A stretch of 53,200 nt of DNA, the filler included, from Corallochytrium limacisporum Hawaii (taxonomy: Eukaryota > Protista > Pluriformea), in assembly GCA_002811645.1 (NCBI GenBank). It is 3 parts of 3 records of this genome, joined end to end, with 100 filler letters (N's around TTAATTAATTAA, not from the genome) between each part and the next. Parts side by side here need not be neighbours in the genome. Positions count along the whole stretch, not along the records: positions 1 to 21,704 come from PDIP01000150.1; 2 more parts are not named here. One strand, given 5' to 3'. Within the stretch, counting starts at the first letter, position 1; every line of letters starts with the position of its first letter. The position numbers and the translations under genes are program-made. Below the pieces are notes generated by a model. That model saw nothing but the letters and a program-made list of their open reading frames with translations. It had not been told where the DNA came from and made no database searches. Shown here piece by piece: positions 11,399-21,804 of the stretch.

Positions 11399-12872
11399 GC
11401 TTTCTCAAGTTGACCTACGTACTGAGTAGGCTCGAGATCTTATCCCATGCTCACCAATGTCGACGCTTCACACTTACTACAACGTCTGCTTCTTTAGTTC
11501 GTAGTCAGCGTTGCCAAGTAGGCATCCGAACATTAAAGTACCTTCGTCGCAGTCGACCCCACTATATGTAATTCTCAGCCTCTACGCCGCTGCGCATCAT
11601 ACTAGGCCGCTGGCGATGGAGCTGCCTCAAGGCCGGCCAATATCACGACATGAAATTTTGAGCAAGCGGGTCGCTCCTTTTGCGTCTCAATGAATACATC
11701 GATGTTCTATTACTACTCGCTGGCGTTTTGTTCCTTGTCACCGGCGCCCTTGCCCAGCTAACTATTCAGTATTAACTACGGGTTCGATTCTTCCCTTCAA
11801 ATCCGGCTGCCTGAATAGTGGCCCAACTTCCGTTTTCAGCAATCCCGTTCAATCCCGCAGCGAAGGACGTGGAACTTGAGAAATAGAGTGGGATCAGCCA
11901 CAGTTCGATCAAGGGGTTACAATCCTAGCTCACTTCGTGGACTGCGTTTTTCGGGAACGGAAAGAATCAACGAAGCAGCAGTAATCACACACTCGCTATC
12001 CCGCAATAACCGTTTCCGATCACTTTCCATAGAGTCTGGAACGGCATTTCATTTGTAGGGCTCGAGCTGACCCACTGTGAGGTTACCAGCTGACTGTCTA
12101 GAAATTCCAACGCGATTATTGGATAAATGAACTGCTCGGCAACGAAGCGGAAGCATGAATTGGAGAGCTAAGGCAGCCAACCAAGCGCAGAATGGACCAT
12201 ATCTTAGGCCCACACTTTAGCTGGACAAACGGTACTTTACGGAGGGGCCGCGTCTGGACTGCTAGATGGCGAAGCATATAGCAGATGACCTTATCGTGGA
12301 CCACAAGCTGTTCCAGGCGCGTCCCCTGTGGTTGAATACCGCAGGACTAGATCACACCCGTCTGGCCTTCACCCAGTCACTATATATATTCTAAACAAAA
12401 TGTCAGTGTGCTCGCAGAAAGAAGTATTGGCTATAGCCTTTGCACGTGACCTACTCTGAGCCCACCGCACACAATGTAGCAGCCCAAGCGGCTTCGGCGC
12501 CGTGAGCAAGCACGAGAGCTGGGGTGGATTCGTAGTCTGAGCCTCATATATTTTGAAAAGAAATCGAATCATAAATCTACTATCACTTATTTTCGTTCAA
12601 ACGGGAGTCTATTTTATACACCTTGCTTCATTTAAAGTAGAAATCAATGTGCCTGCCGAAACAGACTCCCTTCGCTTTCATACTGTGAATCTCTAATCGT
12701 TTGCTTTGTCGATCTTCACAGGCCTTATTGGTTGCCTTCAATAGAAAAGTTCCCGCTTTCCTTTCAGCTCTTTATGAGACTGAAGGATCCTGTTTTCGAA
12801 GACCTGCCTGATTGGACGTAAGTAAAGGGCTGCAGTGAATTCGAGAGGAATGTAAAAGGCGAATCCTTAGTC

Positions 12873-14222
12873 ATGTCTGAGAGCCGCGCGGATTTCATCC
12901 GCAGCACCGCTCCTCCGGAGTTCTTTGCAAGCACACCAAGCCAGTTAGAATGCAGGTTTGCTATTCCTGATGTTTATTTTACATGTATGAAGATAGACCA
13001 TGTGGAAGGAGTGCTACTTGCATCGGGTACCGTGGACGGACTTGTTGTACTATGGAACCTTGTATCCAGGACACTCGCATGTCCTCCACTGTACGGCCAT
13101 GTGCAGCCCGTTACGAATCTTTGCTGGTCGAAGACTTTACAGTATCTAGCTAGTTGTTCCGCAGACGGGCATATTTTGATCTGGGATCTTAAACAGGTGG
13201 ACTTGGCACTCAACTACGAAGTTGGCGAGCCGCTCATAGACGTTATTTTGCTCGGAGCTGGCGAGGGGAAAGATATTGGCGTCGTCTGTTTAACTGCCAT
13301 GGGCGACCTACAATTCCTGACTATGAAGACAGACACAACAGGCTCCATCGTTCAGAAGGGAGACTGCAGCACAGTCGCTGACATGGGTAAATTGCTGCGG
13401 GATGCCTTGTTCGATGGCAATGGCGAGGAGGTGACTGTGACTGCAGTGTGCTCTCCCGAGGATCGTACACTGCTAGTCGGCCTCAGCAATGGTATCATCG
13501 CCCAAGCACGGTGGTCTGACGATGACAGTAATTGGATGTTTGATGATTTTGCAGAGGCACTGGGTTCCTACTACCCCCGACAGCTGCACAGCTCATCGGA
13601 CGGATCCAAAATCCTTGCAGTGTGCAGCGACCTCGTTTTGCGCCTATATCGCACGGGTGAACTAATTGGCACCATTTCCTTGACAAGGAAGGCACAAAAG
13701 TACGTACCACGGGCCATTGGCATTTCGGGTAGTGGCGATTTCATAGCCGTGAGCAGCCTCTACGCCACGGAGCACGAAATCAGTTTCTACGAGACAACGC
13801 CAGGGGATATCTCCATGCCAATCTACACACTCAAGGGCAGTGACAATGAGCGCGAAGGCGCACTAACGTTGGCATGGCACTTTGAACGGCCGATGATCGC
13901 AACGGTGGGAGCCATGTCTGGCAACATCATGGTCTGGACTGCGAGTGTACCTCAGCACTGGAGCTCATTTGCTCCCAAGTTCAAGGAGATTATGGCCAAT
14001 GTGCTCTACCGAGAGCGAGAGGATGAGTTTGATCTTCCGGGGGAAGCTGATGATCTTCTCACTGAAGAAGAGCGGGCGGAAACGATTCGCAAAAAACAAG
14101 CGGAGTCGCCGGAAGAGGACGAGGAACTCAAGAACGATATCGACGCGCTAGGGGATCCACTCCGGGAGTCGTCGTACCCTGTGCCTCCACAGCCAGTGAA
14201 CAAATATTTCGAATTCCACTAG
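12873..14222 (+). CDS. RBBP5: COMPASS WD40 subunit RBBP5/SWD1 (divergent)
   Basis: WD40 repeats (LYGHVQPVTNLCWS...ILIWDL) and the family motif WSSFAPKFKEIMANVLYREREDEFD followed by an acidic tail. Confidence 0.85.
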   Translation: MSESRADFIRSTAPPEFFASTPSQLECRFAIPDVYFTCMKIDHVEGVLLASGTVDGLVVLWNLVSRTLACPPLYGHVQPVTNLCWSKTLQYLASCSADGHILIWDLKQVDLALNYEVGEPLIDVILLGAGEGKDIGVVCLTAMGDLQFLTMKTDTTGSIVQKGDCSTVADMGKLLRDALFDGNGEEVTVTAVCSPEDRTLLVGLSNGIIAQARWSDDDSNWMFDDFAEALGSYYPRQLHSSSDGSKILAVCSDLVLRLYRTGELIGTISLTRKAQKYVPRAIGISGSGDFIAVSSLYATEHEISFYETTPGDISMPIYTLKGSDNEREGALTLAWHFERPMIATVGAMSGNIMVWTASVPQHWSSFAPKFKEIMANVLYREREDEFDLPGEADDLLTEEERAETIRKKQAESPEEDEELKNDIDALGDPLRESSYPVPPQPVNKYFEFH

Positions 14223-14346
14223 ACCTTTACCTCAGTTAACACACAAAGAGACTCGGGAGCATCATGTTTATAGAGTTTTGGGTTTACCACGGTGCAGGAA
14301 GACCCATTGAGCGGAATATAAGAAAGAACCGCTGTTTCCCGCTGTA

Positions 14347-15750
14347 TTATTTCTTCTTCTCGTCCTCCTTACCGATCAAAGCCAGGTCTTTCTCAGCGTA
14401 GAGCAAAATGTAGGCTGTGTGCCAGTCACCGCCACCGCTCAGTTTCAGAATCTCCTCATCGTTGACAAAACTGACCTTGTCGTCGTCAAACTTGGCCCAT
14501 TTGTTCGGGCCTTGCTTGCACCACGCGACATAGTGACCAGAGTCCGCGGTACGACCCTGATGGGTTACTACTCCGATAAGATCGTACATACCGCTCTGAT
14601 TGCTACCTGGATCGGTGTTTTCCGGGAGTACAAGGTCCATGGCGTCGTCCTTGTCGTCCTTTGGTCCGTTAGCTTTCTCGATAAAGTCACGGCCGGCTTT
14701 AAGCTGCTCCTTGAGTTCGGGACTGCACAGCTCATGCGCATCGTAGGACAGAGGGAACTTGACATTCTTCAGCACCTTGGCCCGTACGTTAGCCCCAGAT
14801 TTCCAGGCAAATCGCACAAAGTTAACGGTCAGGAATTTAGGCAGGCGTGTGATCTCGCTCGTCTTCTCCCATTCAGCATCCCGGTCGAGTTTCTCACTGC
14901 GCTTGGTAATGTGCTCAGTCATGCGCTCCTTCAAACCACCCTGCATGAAGCTAATTTCCTTCGAAATATGACATGGTAGCATGGAGAATTTCTCCACTGA
15001 AGTCTGCTCCTCTCCCTCACTCTCCACGCACTTGAGCACCTGTTTCATGTTCCCCTCAAAGTTCCGTTGGATAAAACTGTCGCTGGCTCCCTTTTCAGCA
15101 CGCACGGTCTGGTTCATGAACGTTAAAAAGGCGCTCCAGCACTCCTGTGCGTCCTGTTGCATGGGCATACCTTGCTGGGTCTCCGCAAATTGAGGCACCG
15201 CTTGTTTCAGAATGGTCCAGAACATAATCGGTTGCACATCAGCCTTCCCATCCAGCTGACGGAAGACATCGGCTAATCCGTCAGTCATGGCCTTACCAGC
15301 CGGCGTCGAAGATGGAATACGGGCATCAGTCTGCTTGAGAATGTCACGAAGTTCTGGGACATTGTGCAACACCTGCACGGTTGAGTTCATGTAGCACGTG
15401 TTGCCAAGGTTCACCATGCCCGCAGGAGTATCGCGCATCATGGCGTCTGCCTGATTCTCCGCGAGATCTTCATCAAACTTGGGACGAGCGGTACCAGTGG
15501 GAACCTCTGTCATAACTTCACCCGCGGTGCCCATCATCATGAAAGTTTGGCCCTCCTTGGGTCCAATCTTTGACCAGTCTCCGTCATCCTTCAAGATGCC
15601 TCCCTTGACCATAATCTTTTGTCGCTCTGGAGGAACACCAGTTAAACTGTACAATTGATACTTGAATTCCAAGGGTTCAGACTCAGTATTAAGTTCAATC
15701 CCTTCAAATTTTTGCTTCGCCCATTTGATGTTTACTTTAACCACTGTCAT
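14347..15750 (-). CDS. USP14: Proteasome-associated deubiquitinase USP14/UBP6
   Basis: N-terminal UBL (LYSLTGVPPERQKIMVKGG), Cys box GMVNLGNTCYMNS, QQDAQECW and His box THQGRTADSGHYVAW...LSGGGDWH. Confidence 0.96.
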   Translation of the reverse strand: MTVVKVNIKWAKQKFEGIELNTESEPLEFKYQLYSLTGVPPERQKIMVKGGILKDDGDWSKIGPKEGQTFMMMGTAGEVMTEVPTGTARPKFDEDLAENQADAMMRDTPAGMVNLGNTCYMNSTVQVLHNVPELRDILKQTDARIPSSTPAGKAMTDGLADVFRQLDGKADVQPIMFWTILKQAVPQFAETQQGMPMQQDAQECWSAFLTFMNQTVRAEKGASDSFIQRNFEGNMKQVLKCVESEGEEQTSVEKFSMLPCHISKEISFMQGGLKERMTEHITKRSEKLDRDAEWEKTSEITRLPKFLTVNFVRFAWKSGANVRAKVLKNVKFPLSYDAHELCSPELKEQLKAGRDFIEKANGPKDDKDDAMDLVLPENTDPGSNQSGMYDLIGVVTHQGRTADSGHYVAWCKQGPNKWAKFDDDKVSFVNDEEILKLSGGGDWHTAYILLYAEKDLALIGKEDEKKK

Positions 15751-16387
15751 GATTGCCTTTGGGTGTTTTCTACTTCTATTCTATGTCACAGTACACACGG
15801 CGTCTACGAATGGCAGCGTTTAGCTGGTCACAGCCTCTTCTGGAATATGTTTTCGTTTGAAATAGCATCTTATGGATCCTACGTACCGTCCAAAGTACAA
15901 GTTTTGCAATTAGGGCAGTGTCCAATTACTCGTAATGCGAGCCAGAGCGCGCATCTGGTTGCCCAGCCACTGAGCGGGGTCAGTCCTTTCGTCTCCCGCG
16001 CAGTGAAGCCCCCTCGAGAAAGTATTCCGAATCAGAGAGAGAGCAAAAAGGAAAGAACGCGAACAATGGAAAACAGACACTGGGGACCGCAGAGGGCAAA
16101 AGTGACTTCGACGAACGAAAACGAGCAGGCACCGTCCGAACAAGGCCAGTCAGGGGCCGTCCGTCCGCCCAGGAACAATTCGCTCTTGAATTCTGGTAAT
16201 TATAACATAGCCGTATATAAAATAATGGGTGGCCAAAAATACGCCCAGGGCCGGAACTCCTATATTGATATGTTTACTATCGACGATCCTGGACCGTGCA
16301 AATCGCAGCGAAAGGGTTCATGTAGATTTCAATACAAAATACGTGTTCAACAAGGTCTCCCAACAAGCATGCAGCACAACAACAGCC

Positions 16388-17722
16388 CTAGAATATCTCG
16401 GAATGCCACGGTGTCGGCCCAGTGAACATCGCATGTAGCAACGGCACCGAGGCAAACTGTGCGCCGAGGCCCATCTGTTCTGGAGAGTCGTGGCCATTGT
16501 AAAGACGGGTGAATTCGAAGAGAGATAAGGAGATGGTAGGAAGGCCTTTGCTGTCATCTTTCTCATCGTCGTTCGCCAGACTATCATCAATACGTTCCCA
16601 CTCTCCGTTGTCCCACAATGCCCAGCTGCCATTGTTCGCAAAGAATATTTCATCGCCGTAGACCTTCAACAAGGCCAGCCGTTCTGATCTAGAGAACTTG
16701 TTCTCCAGGGCCGCCTTCACGAATTTTCCTTTGCTAAGAGCTTTGAGGGCTTCACTCACGTCCAGAATGCGCAGCATACTCTCTGAACTGAATTCCATTG
16801 AATACACAGCCTCGTCCAGGATAGTAAGCAACGGGTGGCAGGCATGGACTGGAAGCCTGGCCTTTTCCGCTGTAGATCGCATTGTGAACATCATGAGCAG
16901 CAATTGCGCCCAGGCCTCCGTATTTTCTGCCCCAATGTCCAGGATGTCCATGTTAAAGTTAAATCGATCTGCTGGTTCACGGTAATGCTTCCAAATGATA
17001 TATCCCCGGATTTCGTTGGTTTCTGTGTGAACGAGGACGTACCTGCGGCCAACCTCCGGGTCCTGGGTATGGCGATATACCCGGAGCCAATTGTAAGCCC
17101 CGCGGACGATGTTGCCATGCTCTACACACTTTGAATGGACCCGGGAGACCGCCTGGTGGTCCTCAGCGGTGAGAATCTCACGTAGGCTCAGGCCCATGCC
17201 GAACTCCCGAATGGAGTACTGACCTTTCACAGCACGTGCTTGTTCCGCCATGTCTGGGCGGAGTCGGAATTCTTTGAGGTTGATCACCGCAAACGTGCGC
17301 GGTGCAAAGGATTCGAAGCCGACACTCCGGTATAGGGTCTTTGCTGAGGGGAAGAGGGATGCCAGCGTGTACTCTGAGCTCAGAAGTCTGCGCAAGAGCA
17401 TGGTCATCATAACTTGAGCCACGCCCTTACCCCGGGCTTCGATTGGTACATTCACGCCGGTTACCCCTACTGTCTTCACATTCACTCCCCGAACATCGGT
17501 GCCCATGTCAATCGTTGAACAAATTGCCACTACTTTGTCACTGTCGTCTTCATCGATCACTACATAGGACATGTTGTCCCCCAGTAGCTCCAGCCATTCG
17601 ACTACCCACTCTCGTGGAATACTGAAGCCAGAGGATGTAGTGCGGTACCACGCATCCTTCACAGCTTCCCTTTTGTCTGCTTCGACCTCTCGAATGGAGA
17701 TCAATTTGTATCGTTCGTGCAT
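16388..17722 (-). CDS. Eis-like tandem GNAT N-acetyltransferase with SCP2-like C-terminal domain
   Basis: AcCoA motif VPIEARGKGVA, LFPSAKTLYRSVGFE, MLRILDVSEAL and a C-terminus PTPWHSEIF typical of the Eis family. Confidence 0.85.
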   Translation of the reverse strand: MHERYKLISIREVEADKREAVKDAWYRTTSSGFSIPREWVVEWLELLGDNMSYVVIDEDDSDKVVAICSTIDMGTDVRGVNVKTVGVTGVNVPIEARGKGVAQVMMTMLLRRLLSSEYTLASLFPSAKTLYRSVGFESFAPRTFAVINLKEFRLRPDMAEQARAVKGQYSIREFGMGLSLREILTAEDHQAVSRVHSKCVEHGNIVRGAYNWLRVYRHTQDPEVGRRYVLVHTETNEIRGYIIWKHYREPADRFNFNMDILDIGAENTEAWAQLLLMMFTMRSTAEKARLPVHACHPLLTILDEAVYSMEFSSESMLRILDVSEALKALSKGKFVKAALENKFSRSERLALLKVYGDEIFFANNGSWALWDNGEWERIDDSLANDDEKDDSKGLPTISLSLFEFTRLYNGHDSPEQMGLGAQFASVPLLHAMFTGPTPWHSEIF

Positions 17723-18324
17723 GGCTAACTCAGTCTGGTTAATCGACGAGACATTTGCCTACTTTTCAGTGGGAAGCTGTACACGTCAGTGCTCACATCG
17801 ACAAACTCTGCAGCCCCTCCCTTCAAACACCTCAACAAGGGTCAAATGCTGGGACTGCTTCTGAGGACTAGGACTCTCGTAGGAAAACAAGTCCTGCAAG
17901 GGTGAGCACAGCCTGTGACCAAACTGATCGCGAGAGAAAACTGGTGCAGCGGCAGAGTTGGCCGATGGGGGGTGTTGCCACCACTTCGGAGCTCTTGGCA
18001 TTGCTTTGCCGGGTCTCGGCCCTAGATTGGATTCCATATTGAATATACTGCACATATCAGCGACCCATCGCAAAAGCTACTCTCGCTACCCATGTCTCCG
18101 AGCAGACTGCCGGTGCCAGGAGCCAGGGAGGCGCGAGCAATTCAAAATGAAAGAGTAGCGGTGGGTCTCACGGGCCTCCGCCGGCACGCAACCCCACGGA
18201 AACGAAGAACCCGAAGTAGGTCTCATCGCGAACGTATGGGGTATTTCGTAGATGCTTGCGCGTGGACATACCGATTTTCAGATTTTCAGCCCATTTAACA
18301 CGATTTAGGGTCACTCTAACAATC

Positions 18325-19455
18325 ATGTTGGAATATCTAGAGGTAAGTTTGAAAAAGCAATCATAACATTGGGGAGTTTTGGTGACGTACGCAGAGTTTG
18401 ACTGACACGATAGACGACAGATACTGAAAGGTCTGCGAAAGCGTAGACACCGAATCAATGTTTCTGCATGTAGCGTCTTGGAGGACATGCCAAGTGTTGA
18501 CAGACTTAAACCAATAGATCGCGATAAGTTGAAAGAACTAGAGAATGAGCTGAACGTCACACGAGAAGAACTCGCAAACACCAGGAACCAACTTCGCATC
18601 CTCACACGGGATCTCGATACAGCCCAGTGCGCTATCAGAGAATACGAAGCACAGCAGGATAGTCATATGCAGGAGAAAAACAAATTTAGCTTTAATTGCC
18701 AGGACTGGCTTCTGGAGCTGCGCTCGATAGAGGAACCCCTACTGGGCTTCTGTACGAGGGCAGAATCTGTTTACAAGAGGGAAATGGACTCAATGAAGGC
18801 CGTGGTTGCGGACATGTCGGAGAGGCACGGTTCGTTCTCAAAGGAAATGGATCAATTGCTGCTATTTTGTGAGGATCTCAATGAAACCATTGCTAAAATT
18901 CATGATGAGCAAAAGCAAGGGTTGGAACGCATGCACCAGATCGAGCAAGCACAGAAACAGCTCCAGCACGCATCTGAAGCCTCCCCTGCTGTGCACAATG
19001 GGCAAGGCTGTGATCTCCGCAGTGAAGTAGCCACAATCAGACTTGAGAAAGCTTGGTGTCAAGCGCAACAGAAACAGATGGCAGCAAATGTGGATGGCCT
19101 ACAAGAACGAGTGTCCCTGGCCGATGCCTACGCGGAGACTTTAGAGCAGTACGTTGTTCAAATGAACCAACAGTTGGTCCGCCGATCCACGATCGTGAAA
19201 GAACTACAAGGAGAAAATGAGAGATTGAAAACTGCCAAGTTGCAAATGGAGGATGTGCTATCTGATAGTAACCAGAAGATACAGGAGCTTTCTGCCGACA
19301 ATGAGAGGCTCCACGAAGAGCAACGTTCGGATCAAGTTGAGCTCCAGAAACTTCGACTGGCGAGAAAGAAGTGTGATCTAGTCCTGAATGGAGAAAGTGA
19401 GACGAAAACAGTTGGGGAGGAGACACTTCACGATGACGATGTAGAAGAAGGATGA
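18325..19455 (+). CDS. Unknown coiled-coil protein; join(18325..18342,18421..19455)
   Basis: Long Glu/Gln/Leu heptad-rich ORF. The upstream ATG (CAATCATG, same context as USP14) joins in frame across a canonical intron. Confidence 0.75.
18343..18420 (+). other. Spliceosomal intron (78 nt, phase 0)
   Basis: AG|GTAAGT donor, GACTGAC branch-like site at 18400-18406, CAG acceptor at 18418-18420. Splicing gives MLEYLE|ILKGLRK in frame and removes in-frame stops such as TGA 18403. Confidence 0.7.
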
Positions 19456-19618
19456 TTGAGCGACTTGATTAGGGAAGAGGTCTCCATGATCATATTGCAG
19501 GTTCTACTGGTTGTGCTCTTCCGAGATCACTGATAGGAAAGAATCGGTGTTTCTACCTAGTAATACATATTCGGTATTGATAATAGAAGGATGGGGTTTT
19601 ATATACAGTGCGACTTCC

Positions 19619-21451
19619 TCAAATACCGGCTACTGCGGGTATGCGGTACGGTGCCTCGCCAGAGTGGATCACAGACCCAAACGTATCCAAACGGTGATGC
19701 AAATCTTTGATCTTGCGGCGTGCGGACTGTAGTTCTAGCTCCATTGTGTGTCGGACATGTTCTCGCTTTTGTTCACCGCCATCGACCTCCCGCTGAAGTC
19801 GCGCATTCTCAACAGTCAGTTCGTTCAAGCGAGAAGTAAATTGCCTCTTCATACGCTGTGCCAACTGTTTCATGGTTTCGACCTTCTCTTCCAGGAAGGT
19901 TGCATTGTGCTGTAGAAAGTTGATCTGCTCACGGTAGCTCAGACTATCGCTGTCCCTGCCCTTTTGCTGCTCCGCCAGCTCGGATTGCAGCTCAGCAGCC
20001 CGTGCCTGATGCTGTTTGTTGTCCTCGCGCAGCGTCTCCAGGGCCCGGCGTTCGCTCCTTAGTTCAGCGGTGCACTGCACGTGCTGAGAGCGCATGCCCA
20101 AGAGCTGCTCTTCGAACGTCTTCAGTTGGGAGATTTTACTCTCTGCGGCCTCACGTTCATCTTCACTCTTGCGCAACTGCGCCTGCACATCCTCGAGCTC
20201 GTTGTTGACGGAGTGCAGCTTCTGTCGCTGGAATGCAAGGTCCTCTTCGTAGTTCTTAAGCTCGCTTTCGTAGGCGCTACGCTGGGTCTTCAGGTTGTTC
20301 TCAAATTCACTGCGACTCTGCTCAAGCTGTGCAATCTGCCGTTCCAGGGCTACCAACTTGTCTCTGTGTGCATTGTCCTTGCGAGCGAGGGCACTGCGAT
20401 AGTTCTTCTCATCCTCGACACCCTGTGCCTTCAGATCGCTGACCACTGATTCGAGGTCATCGATCTTCCTTTCAAGAACGTCCTTGTCTGCGCGCAGCTG
20501 CTCTGGTAAGCGCTCGAGGCGCCGGGCCTGCTCACTCAGCCGAACCTCAGCGTCTGCCTTCACACCGTTTACGGCGGCTTGCAGGGTCCGCACTTCCATC
20601 TCCAGCTTGATTTTCTCCTTTCGCAGGCCAGATTGCACATCCAGGGCCTCCTCATAGAGCCGTCTGCTCTCAACATTGAGCTGCTCGGAGAGCTGCGCTC
20701 GGCGTAAGGCCGCCTCCAAGTCACCCTGCAACAGCGCATGGTCCTCCTTGGCCAATTTCAGAGCGTCCTGCAATCCCCGAGAGCGATCGAGGTTTTCGCT
20801 CTCTTTCTTTTCGCTCAGGCTACGCACGTCCCTAACCTCGATTGCCATGGACCGTAACTGGGCCTGAAGGGCAAGATTCTGCTGCCAACAGTCTTTGAGT
20901 TCCTTCTCTCTGAGTTCTAATTTGCTTGAGGCCATCCGTCCCGCTGTCTTTAGCTCCGCTTCGTAGTAGTCCCGGTCCGCAATCAGTTTTTCTCGAAGTT
21001 CGTCGTTCGCTGCTCGCAAGCTAGCGAGGGAGTCCTTTGTTTGGTTCTCGCCAACCTCCAGTTCCTTGCGCAGTTGGAAAGCAGTGGTCTTCTCTTTGGC
21101 CAGAGCATCCTCTAGGCATTGCAGCTTGCGCAGGAACCGACCCTGCACCTCATCAACGATTGTCTGCCTCAAGATCTCGCGTTCTGCGGGGTCCTCTAAC
21201 TGCGCCTGCAATTGATCAAGTTCTGCAGTGCGGGCTTCAACGGTACGCTGGAAGCTTTCTAGTGCACGTTCTGCCTTCTCCCGTCTACTCCGTTCGGATA
21301 TATACCGAGTTTCGGTTCTGTCATGATCTGCCAAAAGCTTGACATGGGCCTCCTGCAAAGCGTCAAAGTCTGCCTTGAACGCATCTTTATCTGCTCGAAC
21401 AGTGGCTAGGATGTTCAGGGCCGAATCAAGATCCTGTGGTTGTCCTTCCAT
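19619..21451 (-). CDS. CEP83: Centriole distal appendage coiled-coil protein, CEP83/CCDC41-like
   Basis: 610 aa coiled coil. QLEDPAEREILRQTIVDEVQGRFLRKLQCLEDALAK resembles recalled CEP83 [36 protein letters not shown] at the same N-terminal position. Confidence 0.7.
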   Translation of the reverse strand: MEGQPQDLDSALNILATVRADKDAFKADFDALQEAHVKLLADHDRTETRYISERSRREKAERALESFQRTVEARTAELDQLQAQLEDPAEREILRQTIVDEVQGRFLRKLQCLEDALAKEKTTAFQLRKELEVGENQTKDSLASLRAANDELREKLIADRDYYEAELKTAGRMASSKLELREKELKDCWQQNLALQAQLRSMAIEVRDVRSLSEKKESENLDRSRGLQDALKLAKEDHALLQGDLEAALRRAQLSEQLNVESRRLYEEALDVQSGLRKEKIKLEMEVRTLQAAVNGVKADAEVRLSEQARRLERLPEQLRADKDVLERKIDDLESVVSDLKAQGVEDEKNYRSALARKDNAHRDKLVALERQIAQLEQSRSEFENNLKTQRSAYESELKNYEEDLAFQRQKLHSVNNELEDVQAQLRKSEDEREAAESKISQLKTFEEQLLGMRSQHVQCTAELRSERRALETLREDNKQHQARAAELQSELAEQQKGRDSDSLSYREQINFLQHNATFLEEKVETMKQLAQRMKRQFTSRLNELTVENARLQREVDGGEQKREHVRHTMELELQSARRKIKDLHHRLDTFGSVIHSGEAPYRIPAVAGI

Positions 21452-21704
21452 GGTGATTTCGCCATTGAAATTTCAGTTGATACCAGGGAGTGTGATGGGT
21501 TCGTTGGAGTTCAAGAGGCCGGCGTCGCCTTTACTGGAAGTACCCGCCCTCCGTGTCTCCAAACGGGGCACCTTTTTTCTTCTCTTTTTGTCGGCTCCCT
21601 GATTTCCGATTTTTCCCGCCCTTCGGCGAAATGGGGACCAGTTTTCCTGTTGGAGGGAGATCTCGCCGTCCCCGAATATTCTTCTAACAGAAGCGCCCCC
21701 CCCC

Positions 21705-21804
21705 NNNNNNNNNNNNNNNNNNNNNNNNNNNNNNNNNNNNNNNNNNNNTTAATTAATTAANNNNNNNNNNNNNNNNNNNNNNNNNNNNNNNNNNNNNNNN
21801 NNNN
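21705..21804. other. Artificial scaffold spacer N44-TTAATTAATTAA-N44
   Basis: Exactly 100 bp. The palindromic 12-mer gives stops in all six frames. An identical structure lies at 42183-42282. Confidence 0.97.

Noticed and set aside
12774-12904. Possible upstream coding exon for RBBP5 (ATG 12774, GTAAGT 12818)
   Set aside because: The nearest acceptor (12870) is out of frame. The in-frame one (12904) lacks a clear branch site. ATG 12873 already gives a plausible N-terminus.
15655-16425. 256-aa plus-strand ORF between USP14 and the Eis-like gene
   Set aside because: TTG start, overlaps both neighbours antisense, and has no domain.
21749-21760. TTAATTAATTAA palindrome repeated at 42227-42238, as a possible biological repeat or TTAA insertion site
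   Set aside because: It is centred in exactly 44+44 Ns both times, so it is a six-frame-stop scaffolding spacer.
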